Source: an uncultured Verrucomicrobiae bacterium (lineage in GTDB: Bacteria; Verrucomicrobiota; Verrucomicrobiia; Chthoniobacterales; JAFAMB01). From it: a stretch of DNA of 64,000 bases. Positions 21,397-31,410 of this stretch are shown in pieces; positions within the stretch are counted from its first letter, which is position 1, and each line of letters opens with the position of its first letter. The notes below the pieces were generated by a model. The model saw only the letters and a list, made by a program, of their open reading frames with translations, was not told the origin of the DNA and ran no database searches. The DNA lies in the NCBI GenBank assembly GCA_963837955.1, contig CAWIPH010000002.1, positions 3,264,001 to 3,328,000 of the forward strand, written 5' to 3'. The translations under genes were made by a program, and so were the position numbers.

Positions 21397-22482
21397 TTAC
21401 GCAAACACGGAAGGACTTCGTTCCATCCCGGCTAAGGCAACGATTTCACTCACATGGTCGTTACGCACCACGTAGCGATCCTTTCCGTAGATCAAATATT
21501 TACTCTGCTCCACCTCCGGCGTGAAGTTGATGGTCAGGACATTCGCACCCGCCGCGAGGCCGCTGAGCTGTCCGCCACCTTGGCGGCGCTCGAGCGCACT
21601 AACGCTTGGAATCAGCCAGTGTGGATTCATTAAGCGGGCCAGAGCTATGAAATTGAGGGTTACTTCGACATCTCCGGGCGGCAGATGCGCCAACGGCGTG
21701 TCGGGCGCCGGAATGAACGGCGAGCCACTGACCATGTGAGCTCCGACTTCGCGGGCCAAGAGCAGATCATTCACCAAACTCTCCTGGGTTTGGTTGGGCA
21801 GTCCAATAATAGCTCCGGTACCAACTTTATAGCCGAGCCGGACCAGGGTACGCAGGCAAGCCAATCGCTCTTCCAATGAAGCATGCCGCATCCGGGCGTT
21901 TAGCTCGGCATCGCTAGTCTCGTGCTTTAGAATATAGCTCGTGGCGCCCTGGTCCTTGAGAAATGCATATTCTTTCTCGGTCTTGTTACCCAGACAGAGG
22001 AGAAACTCTACTGGCCCAGAAAACATCGCCCGAATTTTCGGGAGTGCATTGCCGACGAGCTGCGTCGTCCTCGAGACCTCGCCCGCTTGTAGGAAAACGA
22101 TATTGATCCCAGCGTCCCGAATGCTAGCGGCAGTTTCCAGAATCTGGTCTTCGTTGAGCTCGAAGATGGTATTCTGTCTGGTGTTGTCGCGGCGCATCGG
22201 GCAAAACTCGCAATTTACCCGGCACAAATTGGTGACTTCGATCAGGCCACGGACCACCACCCGTCGGCCATAGACCCTCTCCCTAGCGGCACGCGCTGCG
22301 GCGAAAAGCTGTTCCTGCGGTTCTCCTCTGACCTGCAGCCAAAAGCCCAAAGTCTCTTTGTTCCAAAAAGAGGAATCGAGCAACGGCGCGAACTCTGAGT
22401 CGAGTTCCGACCGGAGGCCTCGCTCAGGCGCGCGAGGAGCAATCATAGATTCGTTATACATTCTTCCCGTTCCGCTCTCCAC
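21397..22482 (-). CDS. Radical SAM enzyme, HydE/PylB/BioB (BATS) subgroup, HydE-like
   Basis: RGLIEVTNLCRVNCEFC, LQAGE, YILKHET, IIGLPNQT, PFIPAPDTPL, GANV..NFTP, YLIYGK. Confidence 0.85.
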   Translation of the reverse strand: MESGTGRMYNESMIAPRAPERGLRSELDSEFAPLLDSSFWNKETLGFWLQVRGEPQEQLFAAARAARERVYGRRVVVRGLIEVTNLCRVNCEFCPMRRDNTRQNTIFELNEDQILETAASIRDAGINIVFLQAGEVSRTTQLVGNALPKIRAMFSGPVEFLLCLGNKTEKEYAFLKDQGATSYILKHETSDAELNARMRHASLEERLACLRTLVRLGYKVGTGAIIGLPNQTQESLVNDLLLAREVGAHMVSGSPFIPAPDTPLAHLPPGDVEVTLNFIALARLMNPHWLIPSVSALERRQGGGQLSGLAAGANVLTINFTPEVEQSKYLIYGKDRYVVRNDHVSEIVALAGMERSPSVFA

Positions 22483-22492
22483 TGCTCTGCCA

Positions 22493-23974
22493 CTAAGCTA
22501 TCGCCAGGACCGGTTCCTCGGCGGCGTACGGTTCGGTATCGTTATATGGATTCAGAGGACCGTCAGCGTACTCTTCGCGCGGATACGGAATGTGGTCTGC
22601 AGCATGGAATTGCTGAGCGATTTCGTCGGCAAAAAACGCCCCGTAGGGAGTCAAACCCAGAGTGACTTCGTCTTCCCGCAATAAACCATAGGATTTCAGT
22701 CGTTCGATCTTCGCCCGGAAAACGTTGTCGAGCGATTCGCCGGAGACTTCTTTGAAGGTAGACTTATAAACGTCCCGATTCTTAATCGGGAGGACAATCG
22801 CCCAGCGCATCTGAGCATCGCGGTCACGGCATTTGCCCCGATTGAGCGGCAACTTGCCCTCCTCAATCAATTTGTAGTATTCGCCAAAGTTTTCTGTGTT
22901 GAGCACGAAACGATCGCGCAAACTGCTAAAGGCGGTGAGACCAAACCCTATCTCGTCAAATAGCTCACAGCATTGGTTATGGGCGTAACAGGAGTAGTGC
23001 TTGCGCTCTTTGGTGAACACTCGACGCAAGTTTTCGTTGTATCCGTTCTCGGCCAGGATATCGATTGCTAGTTGCTTCATCATGATGGTCTCTTCGTTTG
23101 AGACCACCTCATCCGGTCGTTTCTCGATATAATTTTTGATCGGACCTTGATAGTCGCCATACGCCTCGATCTTCAGCCGATAGAGTTGAATCTCCTCGGT
23201 TCCCAAAGTGACCGCCTCTTTCATGACGTCGATCCAATTTTGAATCGTCTCTCCGGGATGACCGAAAATGAACTCGATGTTGACCTGGTAACCAGCTTGC
23301 TGCGAGTTTTCGATCGCTTCCAAAGCCACTTGCTTGTCGTGTGGCCGGTTCATGATCTTGAGCACGCGCGGATCAAGGGACTGGATCCCTAAAGTCAGCC
23401 GATCGGAACCGAAGTCGCGAAGAATCTTCAATCGCTCTAAGCCAATGTCGCCGACCAGGGTAGACGGGTCGACATCCCAATTGAATTGCTCGACTTCAGA
23501 CATGTCGAGCCGCTTGGTAAAGAATTTCAAAAAATGCTTGAGTTGTTCGGGGCTCAAATAGGAAGGAGTTCCTCCACCAACCAGAATCGAACGCGCCTTA
23601 ATCTTGTCGATGCCTAACCGAGCCATGTAGATGTCCATCTCCTTCTCCAGGGCAACAAGATACTGATTCATTTCGGCCTGCTTTTTGCCGAGCATCACCG
23701 GGTAGTGACAGAAAATACAGCGCTGCTTACAGAAAGGGATATGGGCGTAAACGTCGAACTTTCCATCAGCCGGCAAACTGTAGTCACGAAAGAGCTCCTC
23801 CTCGTCGGTTTCGTCGTACATGGTGATAGGCGGGTAGTGCACCGACGGGAAAAAATCGCCATCGCGACAAATCAATCCTTCCTCCCTGAACCGGTTAAAA
23901 TCAGCCACTCGACTGAGTGCTTTTTGAATTAACGAATCTGAAACCTTCAAGTCTTGCCCCAGGGCGGTATTCAT
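22493..23974 (-). CDS. HemN-like radical SAM enzyme (not canonical HemN/HemW)
   Basis: YAHIPFCKQRCIFC, GGGTPS, RLTLGIQS, FIFGHPGET, C-terminal HemN_C-like LTPYG; start at 23974 or further upstream (24025/24052). Confidence 0.87.
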   Translation of the reverse strand: MNTALGQDLKVSDSLIQKALSRVADFNRFREEGLICRDGDFFPSVHYPPITMYDETDEEELFRDYSLPADGKFDVYAHIPFCKQRCIFCHYPVMLGKKQAEMNQYLVALEKEMDIYMARLGIDKIKARSILVGGGTPSYLSPEQLKHFLKFFTKRLDMSEVEQFNWDVDPSTLVGDIGLERLKILRDFGSDRLTLGIQSLDPRVLKIMNRPHDKQVALEAIENSQQAGYQVNIEFIFGHPGETIQNWIDVMKEAVTLGTEEIQLYRLKIEAYGDYQGPIKNYIEKRPDEVVSNEETIMMKQLAIDILAENGYNENLRRVFTKERKHYSCYAHNQCCELFDEIGFGLTAFSSLRDRFVLNTENFGEYYKLIEEGKLPLNRGKCRDRDAQMRWAIVLPIKNRDVYKSTFKEVSGESLDNVFRAKIERLKSYGLLREDEVTLGLTPYGAFFADEIAQQFHAADHIPYPREEYADGPLNPYNDTEPYAAEEPVLAIA

Positions 23975-24080
23975 AGTGATTAGATGCAACTGAACAGTGC
24001 GCTTGCGCCTTTTCAGAGTCGCCATTTGAGGGATTTTCGAGGAAAAGGTCAAGCCAAGAGAGCCTTCAGGCGGAGCCTGG

Positions 24081-24965
24081 TCAGGCGCTTAAGGCCAGCA
24101 GAAGAGCACCGGGAAAGGCGATGCAAGCACCGGTCACGGCCAAACGGCTTGGTCGCTCATGGAGCCAGAGCACTGCCAACGGTAAGGCGAAAAGGGGCTC
24201 GGTCGCGATCAGCGTATTAGCTATCGAGACATCCAGATTTTTGATCGCGGCCAACGATAGCCAAAATCCGCCGAAAGTGACCACTGCTGTCGCCAAAGCG
24301 AACCTGCCTCGCAAAGCACCTTGCCGGAGAGGTCGAAGCCAAGGAACAATCTTTCGTTGGAGCAGTCCAACCAAAAGTACTCCGGAAAATCCAAATACCA
24401 TCCGCAGAAAAGTTCCTTCCAAAGCCGAGAGGTGCCGGAGACCTACCTTGGCCACAATGATCGATCCGGCCATCGACAGGATGCAAAGCAGGCCGAATAT
24501 CATTCCTGCTCGGGTGCCAGTCTGCTGCTCAGATTCGCGGATGTCGCCAAAAAGAGTGAGCGTTACTCCACTCAAGACCAAGACAATCCCAATCCATGCG
24601 AGAAGACTCGGAAGCTCTCCCAGAATCAGCACGGCCATGAGCACCGTGATCGCCGGACCCAACATCATGATTATGATCAATTGATGCGCACCCAGGCGTT
24701 GGAGCGCCGCAAAGAAAAACGTATCGCCCGCCGAAATCCCTAAAAGTCCACTCAGTGCCAACCAACCAAGCGCGTCGCTTGGCGGCAGCGACCAGCCAAC
24801 AAACAGTAGCAAAATTAAAAGGAGAAGAGAACCAGCGAAACTCTTTATGAAAGTCATGGCGATCGGCGAGAACTGGGCGCCCACGCCTTTGAACAGAATG
24901 GTTCCCACCGCCCAGGAGGCAGCTGAACCCAGCGCGGCAGCTACACCGATAACGTGATCATTCAC
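24081..24965 (-). CDS. EamA/DMT family transporter
   Basis: About 10 TM segments with two EamA repeats; SGLLGISAGDTFFFAAL, TEPLF..LHER. Confidence 0.88.
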   Translation of the reverse strand: MNDHVIGVAAALGSAASWAVGTILFKGVGAQFSPIAMTFIKSFAGSLLLLILLLFVGWSLPPSDALGWLALSGLLGISAGDTFFFAALQRLGAHQLIIIMMLGPAITVLMAVLILGELPSLLAWIGIVLVLSGVTLTLFGDIRESEQQTGTRAGMIFGLLCILSMAGSIIVAKVGLRHLSALEGTFLRMVFGFSGVLLVGLLQRKIVPWLRPLRQGALRGRFALATAVVTFGGFWLSLAAIKNLDVSIANTLIATEPLFALPLAVLWLHERPSRLAVTGACIAFPGALLLALSA

Positions 24966-24972
24966 TCGCGCG

Positions 24973-26058
24973 CTAGGAACCCGCCCGTTTCTTGAAGATC
25001 AACACATAGCGCTGGGGAATGAACTGGTACTGTTCGACCAGATCGAAGCCATAGTAGTAGAGCTGGCCAATGATCAGCTCCTTGGCGATGTGCGGACCAT
25101 GGTAGGGTAGTTTGCCCGCCGGAACCACCGCGTTATCTACCACCACAAACCGCCCGTCCGGCTTCAACGCTTTTTTGATACTATCAATAAATCGATCTTT
25201 CACCTCTTCGGTCGCAGTAGCGTAGATGATGTGATAGAGGGAGCACATGAACACCATGTCGCTGTTGTTGAGCGGCAGATCGGTCGAGTCCGGGCGATCC
25301 TTACGGGTCTCGATATTATTGAGCCCGAACTTTTCCGCGACGTTTTTGACGTAATCGAGATGGGCTTGGACAGTGTCGAGCGCGTATACCTTTCCGTTGT
25401 TTCCAGTCAGCTCGGAGAATTTGAACGTATAGTAACCGGGACCACTACCTACGTCCGCGATAGTCATTCCTGGCGTAATTTTCACGCAGTCGACAATCTT
25501 GCTCGTTTTTTCCCACTCTTCTCGCCGCGGATTATTGAACAGAATAAAATCTTCTAAAAACGCGACTCGCTCCCGCCCCGCTTCATTGTCGGCATCGGAG
25601 AATTTGGTCAGGTGATATTTACGACCCAGGTATTCCTTAAGGTTGGCGTAATCGTTTGCGCTGAAGAACTCAAAAAAGCTGCGGTGGTACCGGTCAGCCA
25701 GCATATCCTGCCGTTGTTGATCGGTGCCCACCAAATAGTCGCAAAACCATTCCAACGCTGTGTATTCCCCGCCGTAGTGCTCGATCGGAACGATCTTGTC
25801 GTAGATCGCCTTGGCCTTCATCGGATCATCAAGGGTCTTACTTTGTAGGGCGGTAAGCAGGAGGCGCCCGGCCTGCGTTCCCTGTTCGGTGATGGTGAAT
25901 GAATCGATGCTCCCAAGGTGAACTAACGAAACTTTGGAAGTGATCTGCGCCGTTTCTGGCGGTGGGACAGAGTCGCTGCCAGCGGCATGCAGAGTGCCAA
26001 TCGCGGAAATCAACGAAATGACTACCCACTGACTTCGAACAAAACTGGATCCGAACAT
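24973..26058 (-). CDS. Class I SAM-dependent methyltransferase with signal peptide and N-terminal extension
   Basis: WVVISLISAIGTLHA signal-like segment; IADVGSGPGYYT, VYALD, ALKPDGRFVVVD, FIPQRYVLIF. Confidence 0.82.
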   Translation of the reverse strand: MFGSSFVRSQWVVISLISAIGTLHAAGSDSVPPPETAQITSKVSLVHLGSIDSFTITEQGTQAGRLLLTALQSKTLDDPMKAKAIYDKIVPIEHYGGEYTALEWFCDYLVGTDQQRQDMLADRYHRSFFEFFSANDYANLKEYLGRKYHLTKFSDADNEAGRERVAFLEDFILFNNPRREEWEKTSKIVDCVKITPGMTIADVGSGPGYYTFKFSELTGNNGKVYALDTVQAHLDYVKNVAEKFGLNNIETRKDRPDSTDLPLNNSDMVFMCSLYHIIYATATEEVKDRFIDSIKKALKPDGRFVVVDNAVVPAGKLPYHGPHIAKELIIGQLYYYGFDLVEQYQFIPQRYVLIFKKRAGS

Positions 26059-26304
26059 GAATTTAAGAAACGGAAGCTCAAGAATTGGGTGTTGATCTGA
26101 TAATTTCATGGGAAGAAAGCATGGTGCGCACAATGAGTAGCGGCCGACTTGATTGGAGCCTTTGCTCTTGAGGAAGCCGCAAACTCGGCCGCCGATAACG
26201 GATTCCTCCGCGGCAGGGAAAAGTGATTAGTCAACGCGTATTACCGATCTGGTAGTGCTTTGATATCTCGCAAGGCGGATAGCGGACTCTCATGAAATAA
26301 TGCG

Positions 26305-26748
26305 CTAAGCATCAGAGCCGCTTAATCGGAGCAGAATGCGTCTGAAACTATCCAGCTGCTCGGCCGTCAGAATTTTTTCAACGTCGGCGCGCTCCGCCTC
26401 CATTATTTCATCGGTCGCCGCGCGAAGCTCTTGTTCTTTCTTGGCACGCTCCTCCTCGGTCAACCCAGCCAACCGGATGTCACCGGCTTGGTCTGAGAGC
26501 TTCTGGCCATATTCCGTAGCGAGTTTTGCGATCTTCTCGCTCTGATCGGCGGTCAGTTTAAGTTCGGCTTTCATGTTGTCCGTCTGGAGCAGCAACATCG
26601 GATCGAACCCAAACGGGTTGGCCACCGGACGACGTTTGAGCCATCGAGGCATACTCGCGTCATCGCCGGCGTGTGTCGGCGCCGAGAAGGCGATCAAAAT
26701 AGTGACACAACCCAAGAGCAATGTTTGCGTATTTCCTACTTTCATCAT
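26305..26748 (-). CDS. Periplasmic Spy/CpxP-like helical protein
   Basis: Signal peptide (THA); two LTxxQ motifs (ELKLTADQ, ILTAEQ). Confidence 0.72.
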   Translation of the reverse strand: MMKVGNTQTLLLGCVTILIAFSAPTHAGDDASMPRWLKRRPVANPFGFDPMLLLQTDNMKAELKLTADQSEKIAKLATEYGQKLSDQAGDIRLAGLTEEERAKKEQELRAATDEIMEAERADVEKILTAEQLDSFRRILLRLSGSDA

Positions 26749-26765
26749 TCTTCTAGCAAAGGCTG

Positions 26766-28172
26766 CTATCCTAGTCGGCGAGGGATCAGTCCGGCGGCTC
26801 GCAAAACGAGAGGCACGTCCCGGACCGTTTGGCGATCCTTCTCCTTTTCGGATTCTGGTAGCTCGTCATATGGCACAAGCATCGGATGACGGCGTAGCTC
26901 GTTATCCCGTATCTTACCGTAGGTCCAACCGGCTAGCCTGCGATCGGCGCTCCAGCGCAAGTGTTCCAACTTCGCCAAACTTTCAAACTCCTCCTTTGAG
27001 AAGACGATGGGAGGCCCCTTCGTCTGCTGATCATTTTCCAGCCCATAGCCAAGCAAACTGAGTTTATACAGGATGTGGTCTGCCTGCTCCTGATTTGCCT
27101 GACGCAGATCTTCGCCAATTTGATCCCATGATCGGAGGCTGGAATTGTCCATGACCATCTCGCCGGCTGCCACGCGCGACTCGCAGTAGCGTTCGTGGAT
27201 TGACCTCGGTAAGCCGAAACGCCCTTCCTCCTGAAAGCGTTCGATCGACGCAATACAGGAAAGATCGCCAAAAAATCGGATGCTTCCCAAGTCAGCTCCC
27301 CACTCAAATCTTTTTCTGAGGATATTGTTTAATCTTTTACTTCGGAAATCGGTGACATAGGTCCCAGCGAATCGGCTCAGGGTTTTCTTTTCGCCGGTGC
27401 CGAGCAGCATTTCAAGAGCTTTCGCACCTTCCGCCAGGATTAAAACTCGAGTCGGAAGCACCAGAGATTCCAAAACAGTATGTAAGCCGGTATCGGAAGA
27501 GTGGAGCGTCAAAAGACAAGCCTCCTTGAGCTCTGGATAGGCGGCTCGAATATGCGCCGCGTATTCGCAGGGTACCGCCCAATCCAAGGTCGGCTTGGCG
27601 CCGTCCAGTTGTCCTCCCAGTCGAGCAATCTTTAACGCGAGCGATTCGGCAATGGGGCCCGATCCGGCGAGCAAGAAGCTATCAGCGGTTACTAGAGATC
27701 GGGTACTTTGCGTGAAATGTTCGTAGACGAAGTCCCTCGCGATATCCTGTTCCGGCAAGAAAAATCGGATGGCCATACGGGGGTTCGCTTCGGGAGACAA
27801 AGCACCCCGACGCACGGTCGAGAAACTTTCAATTGTTGGAGCCCCGACAAAAACTTGAAATGCGGTGCGCCGGCCTTTTGGTTCCAGGAAATCCGCCGTG
27901 TTGGTCAACCACAAGACCATCTCGCAGAGGTCGGCAGGGAATAGCAATAGGTGAGAAGCTTCGCTCAATCCAAACTGGGGAAGAAAGGTCGAGAAATTGA
28001 TCGGCTCGAACGGGAGTGCATTTGCGGCCGCAATCGAGACTGCGATGGAATCCGGTGCTGCAATTAATCTGGTAGTAATACCCTGCCTGGCCAGATCGAC
28101 GGCAGCTAGTCCGGCAAAGGTCGAATCCCCGGCTACAAAGAACCGAACATTCTTGAGTGAACCATTTCTCAT
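26766..28172 (-). CDS. RyR-domain protein with N-terminal Rossmann (TrkA-N-like) region
   Basis: IHERYC..WDQIGEDLRQAN..ADHI and LAKLEHLRW..RRLAGWTYG..RD..RRHPMLVPYDELPESEKEKD. Confidence 0.85.
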   Translation of the reverse strand: MRNGSLKNVRFFVAGDSTFAGLAAVDLARQGITTRLIAAPDSIAVSIAAANALPFEPINFSTFLPQFGLSEASHLLLFPADLCEMVLWLTNTADFLEPKGRRTAFQVFVGAPTIESFSTVRRGALSPEANPRMAIRFFLPEQDIARDFVYEHFTQSTRSLVTADSFLLAGSGPIAESLALKIARLGGQLDGAKPTLDWAVPCEYAAHIRAAYPELKEACLLTLHSSDTGLHTVLESLVLPTRVLILAEGAKALEMLLGTGEKKTLSRFAGTYVTDFRSKRLNNILRKRFEWGADLGSIRFFGDLSCIASIERFQEEGRFGLPRSIHERYCESRVAAGEMVMDNSSLRSWDQIGEDLRQANQEQADHILYKLSLLGYGLENDQQTKGPPIVFSKEEFESLAKLEHLRWSADRRLAGWTYGKIRDNELRRHPMLVPYDELPESEKEKDRQTVRDVPLVLRAAGLIPRRLG

Positions 28173-28188
28173 AACTGCAGCAGCAACA

Positions 28189-31100
28189 TCACCGCAGACC
28201 GTACCAGATCATTAGGCGCGAAATAACCAGCGCGCCCAGGCCCAGCAAAACAAGAACAACAGCGTTATACCATTCGGTCGGGATCTGGTTATACCATTTC
28301 GTCAGATCCTGCTGGTCATGTTCGGAAACAAACGGTAGCGATTTGAATCGCTGGAGCAATTTCCCCGCTCTTCCTTGCCCGTTGTGCAGGGGATTGTTGT
28401 CCCAGGTTATGCTGTCCAGCTGCGTTTTATAACGAAGAAAATACCCGTCCTGCTGAAGTTTTTTCCCTTCTACGTCTGTGCCTCCCGTCGCAGAAAGCGC
28501 CGTATCAAGTGCGTTCACAATTTTGTAGGGAGTGTTAAGCTGATCGGATAGGGTATCGTTGCGGGTCCTGATCTTCTCGGCTAAATCCTCGTTGTTTGAC
28601 GCTTCGTCGTACGGCGTTTTCAGCTTGTTATAGGCGTCATCGGCCGCTGTTCGGAGCTTCGCCACTACTCGATCAATAATCTCGATCGTCCCATAGCGAG
28701 AATTATTCAGGTGGAGCGCGATCAATCCCTCATAAGCCCAACGCGAAGGCATAAGCTCGGCTACACCCGGTATGCCTTTTTCGCTTTTCGAGGCAGAACT
28801 CGGCTGGAGGTGCAAAGCCTGCAGGGTTTGCGTCCCCCAATTTCCCAGATCGAGATGTTGTAAAGAGCTGAACTCAAAAGGGCTCGATCCGCATAAAATC
28901 AGTTGGGGCACTAGGATTAAGGGCAGCAACGTGGTTGCGCCTGCGGAGCTGATGTTAGGTACGCTTGAGAGCATGAGGCCCAGACCTACACCCACTGCAG
29001 AAACCAGCCACAGAAACAGGGTATAAAAAAAGAAGAGCTCGTGGACCTCCAAAAGCCAGAGCGTAATAGCGGTGTAGAGAGCAATTGGAACAAAATTCGT
29101 CGCAACGAGCGTCACAAATTTTGAGGCCAACCAAATAGTGAGGTTGACCTTCAGGAGACGCTCACGACGCATGATCGCTCGCTCCCTGAGAATCTCCGTA
29201 ATGCTCGAAGACATCCCCAAGAAAAGCGCCACGATAGCCGAGAGAAACGGATAAGACAGAAAGAGGCGATTCTTGTCCAAACCGTAAGCGGCATCGAAAA
29301 AGGGAACGGGAAACAGACCGAATGACCTCACAAATTTGACGGGGTCGCTGCTGGAGTAACTACGCAAGATGAGGCCGGTAATAATCCCTAGGACACAGGC
29401 AGCACCAACCAGGGAAATCAATCCGGAATAGTCTCGGAGTTTACACTTTATGGATCGGCTCAATAATACGAGGTTTTGGACGAGGGAAAGTTGACTAGCC
29501 GGCGTTGTTGTCCGAAACCGCTTCAGCACCGGGGCAAGCACCGGAGATAAGTGGGTCTTCCGGAAACTCTCGAATCGTACTTTCCAGTAATGAGGCTCAA
29601 ACATCCGCCGCTCCTCGACTCGACCGTCGATTTGCCGGAATGGCGTCTCTAACGCGGCTAAAAATGCACCCGGATCAAGTTCTTCCAGTTCGGCAACATT
29701 GCTGACAGGCGCAACTCCCGCCAAGTAAGCACCGGCATTCTTCGGATCGCCATAGAACGCAGTCACTCCACCCCGGTCCAAAAGCAAAAGTCGATCAAAC
29801 AAGCGGAATAGCGTTGCGCTAGGCTGATGTATAACCACCAGAACCAGCGCTCCAGAGTCAGCGCGGGCTCGCAGGATCTGCAAGATCCTCTCTGAATCGC
29901 CTGAGGAGAGACCAGAGGTCGGCTCATCGAGAAGAAGCAGAGTTTTTGGAGTCAACAATTCCAGGGCAAGGTTCAGCCGTTTACGTTGACCGCCGCTCAA
30001 CGTCTTTCGATTGACGTCACCGACAATGAGGGTCGCCCGATCGCTCAAATCGACTTCCTGAAGCACTTCGGTGACGCGCTCTTCGATTTCCTGCTTTCCC
30101 GCGCTCGGCAGACGAAGGCGCGCCCCGTAACGCAGATTTTCCGCCACAGTGAGCGTGTCGAAAAGCAAGTCGTCCTGCGGCATGTAGCCCAAGAAACGGG
30201 GATTTTCTTTGACTAACTTCGTGAGATCGACTCCGTCGATCGTGATCGCTCCAGACGAGAGCGGCACACTGCCCGTCATCGTCCCCAGAAGCGTGGATTT
30301 TCCGCAGCCGCTCGGTCCCATCACCGCGACCATCTGGCCGCCCGTCGCTGAAAATGTTATGTCCGTAAGCCCGGGCTTGGTGCCGAACTTACAGCAAATG
30401 TTGTTCAGCTCGAGCAGACATCGAGTCGTGCGTTTCCGTTCGTCGATTTCGATGGCTTCCCCACGGGGAAGAGCCAAGATAACTTCGGCTGTCTCAGAAA
30501 CGGGAACGGTTAATCCATCGAGTTGAATCTGTTGGCCCCACTCGAATCGTTGTTCATGATCTTCCTCCCGAACTAGTAAGTGGGTTGGCTTCAGGGCAAC
30601 GGTTCGCAAATTGTGGTTCTCACTTGGACGATCCAGAATCGGCCGGCCGTTCTGGCGCAGCGTGAAACTCGGGATCCCTTTCGTTCCCGCAGTGAACCAA
30701 CGATAGAAGACTTGTAGCTCACGAAACAGCAATCGGAATTTTCCGGACTGCAGCTCGTCCAGGTAACTGAAACGAAAGGTGAATTGAGCTGGTATCGGCT
30801 TTCCGTTGAGCAGCGCATCGGCCGCCTGGCTCGACACATAATATTCTCGAAGCCGCCGGGTAACTAAAAATAGATTTGCGAGATTCGGCACATGAAAACA
30901 AGACTCCGAATCGCCGGCACCTATTTCAAAATGAACGAGCTTACTTTCGGTCGCTTCTCCCTTTGAGGCGGGATCGACAGCCACTCGAACAAACTCGAAA
31001 TCCGCAGGCGAAAGCTCGAGACCAGCGCCGATCGGCCGGAGAAAGCGGGTCCAATCCGGTTCCGCCCGTCGCAGAATCTCGCAGAGCTTAACAGCAAAAA

Positions 31101-31410
31101 ACGCCCGTGCGGAAGCGTCCCAGCGAGCATTTAGGCCCGGGAGCGCCGATTGGAAAGAGATTCCAGATTCTCTGGACTGCTCAACGGCCATTTTCAGGAC
31201 CGTGGCGCTCTCCCCAGGAAAATTAAACGCCAGGTAATCTGAAATTCCTTCGTCAATCTTGGCTCGAGCCTCTTTAGAGCGCGGGTCGTTTTCGCTGGGA
31301 AACAGCGTCGATAACGCTCCAAAGACCCTGATGATTTTCCCGGTGACATCATCCTGATAGAGGATGTTCTTCAGGAATATCGGAGTTTCTTGATCCGTCA
31401 TGGCGCGCAA
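28189..31410 (-). CDS. ABCG/White-type fused ABC half-transporter (NBD-TMD) with ~330-aa N-terminal extension
   Basis: GPSGCGKST, YMPQDD, LSGGQRKR, LLLDEPTSGL, VIHQPS; ABC-2 TMD (EILRER..RE, LVPQLIL, PSRWAYEGL). Confidence 0.9.
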   Translation of the reverse strand: MRAMTDQETPIFLKNILYQDDVTGKIIRVFGALSTLFPSENDPRSKEARAKIDEGISDYLAFNFPGESATVLKMAVEQSRESGISFQSALPGLNARWDASARAFFAVKLCEILRRAEPDWTRFLRPIGAGLELSPADFEFVRVAVDPASKGEATESKLVHFEIGAGDSESCFHVPNLANLFLVTRRLREYYVSSQAADALLNGKPIPAQFTFRFSYLDELQSGKFRLLFRELQVFYRWFTAGTKGIPSFTLRQNGRPILDRPSENHNLRTVALKPTHLLVREEDHEQRFEWGQQIQLDGLTVPVSETAEVILALPRGEAIEIDERKRTTRCLLELNNICCKFGTKPGLTDITFSATGGQMVAVMGPSGCGKSTLLGTMTGSVPLSSGAITIDGVDLTKLVKENPRFLGYMPQDDLLFDTLTVAENLRYGARLRLPSAGKQEIEERVTEVLQEVDLSDRATLIVGDVNRKTLSGGQRKRLNLALELLTPKTLLLLDEPTSGLSSGDSERILQILRARADSGALVLVVIHQPSATLFRLFDRLLLLDRGGVTAFYGDPKNAGAYLAGVAPVSNVAELEELDPGAFLAALETPFRQIDGRVEERRMFEPHYWKVRFESFRKTHLSPVLAPVLKRFRTTTPASQLSLVQNLVLLSRSIKCKLRDYSGLISLVGAACVLGIITGLILRSYSSSDPVKFVRSFGLFPVPFFDAAYGLDKNRLFLSYPFLSAIVALFLGMSSSITEILRERAIMRRERLLKVNLTIWLASKFVTLVATNFVPIALYTAITLWLLEVHELFFFYTLFLWLVSAVGVGLGLMLSSVPNISSAGATTLLPLILVPQLILCGSSPFEFSSLQHLDLGNWGTQTLQALHLQPSSASKSEKGIPGVAELMPSRWAYEGLIALHLNNSRYGTIEIIDRVVAKLRTAADDAYNKLKTPYDEASNNEDLAEKIRTRNDTLSDQLNTPYKIVNALDTALSATGGTDVEGKKLQQDGYFLRYKTQLDSITWDNNPLHNGQGRAGKLLQRFKSLPFVSEHDQQDLTKWYNQIPTEWYNAVVLVLLGLGALVISRLMIWYGLR

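Noticed and set aside
21397..22482. Calling this gene hydE, bioB or pylB outright
   Set aside because: There is no hyd, bio or pyl context, and motifs diverge (LKHET, SVSAL); only the subgroup is supportable.
26231..26293. 20-aa ORF MRVRYPPCEISKHYQIGNTR as a RiPP precursor for the radical SAM pair
   Set aside because: No RBS or leader-like features; neither enzyme shows a SPASM or RRE domain.
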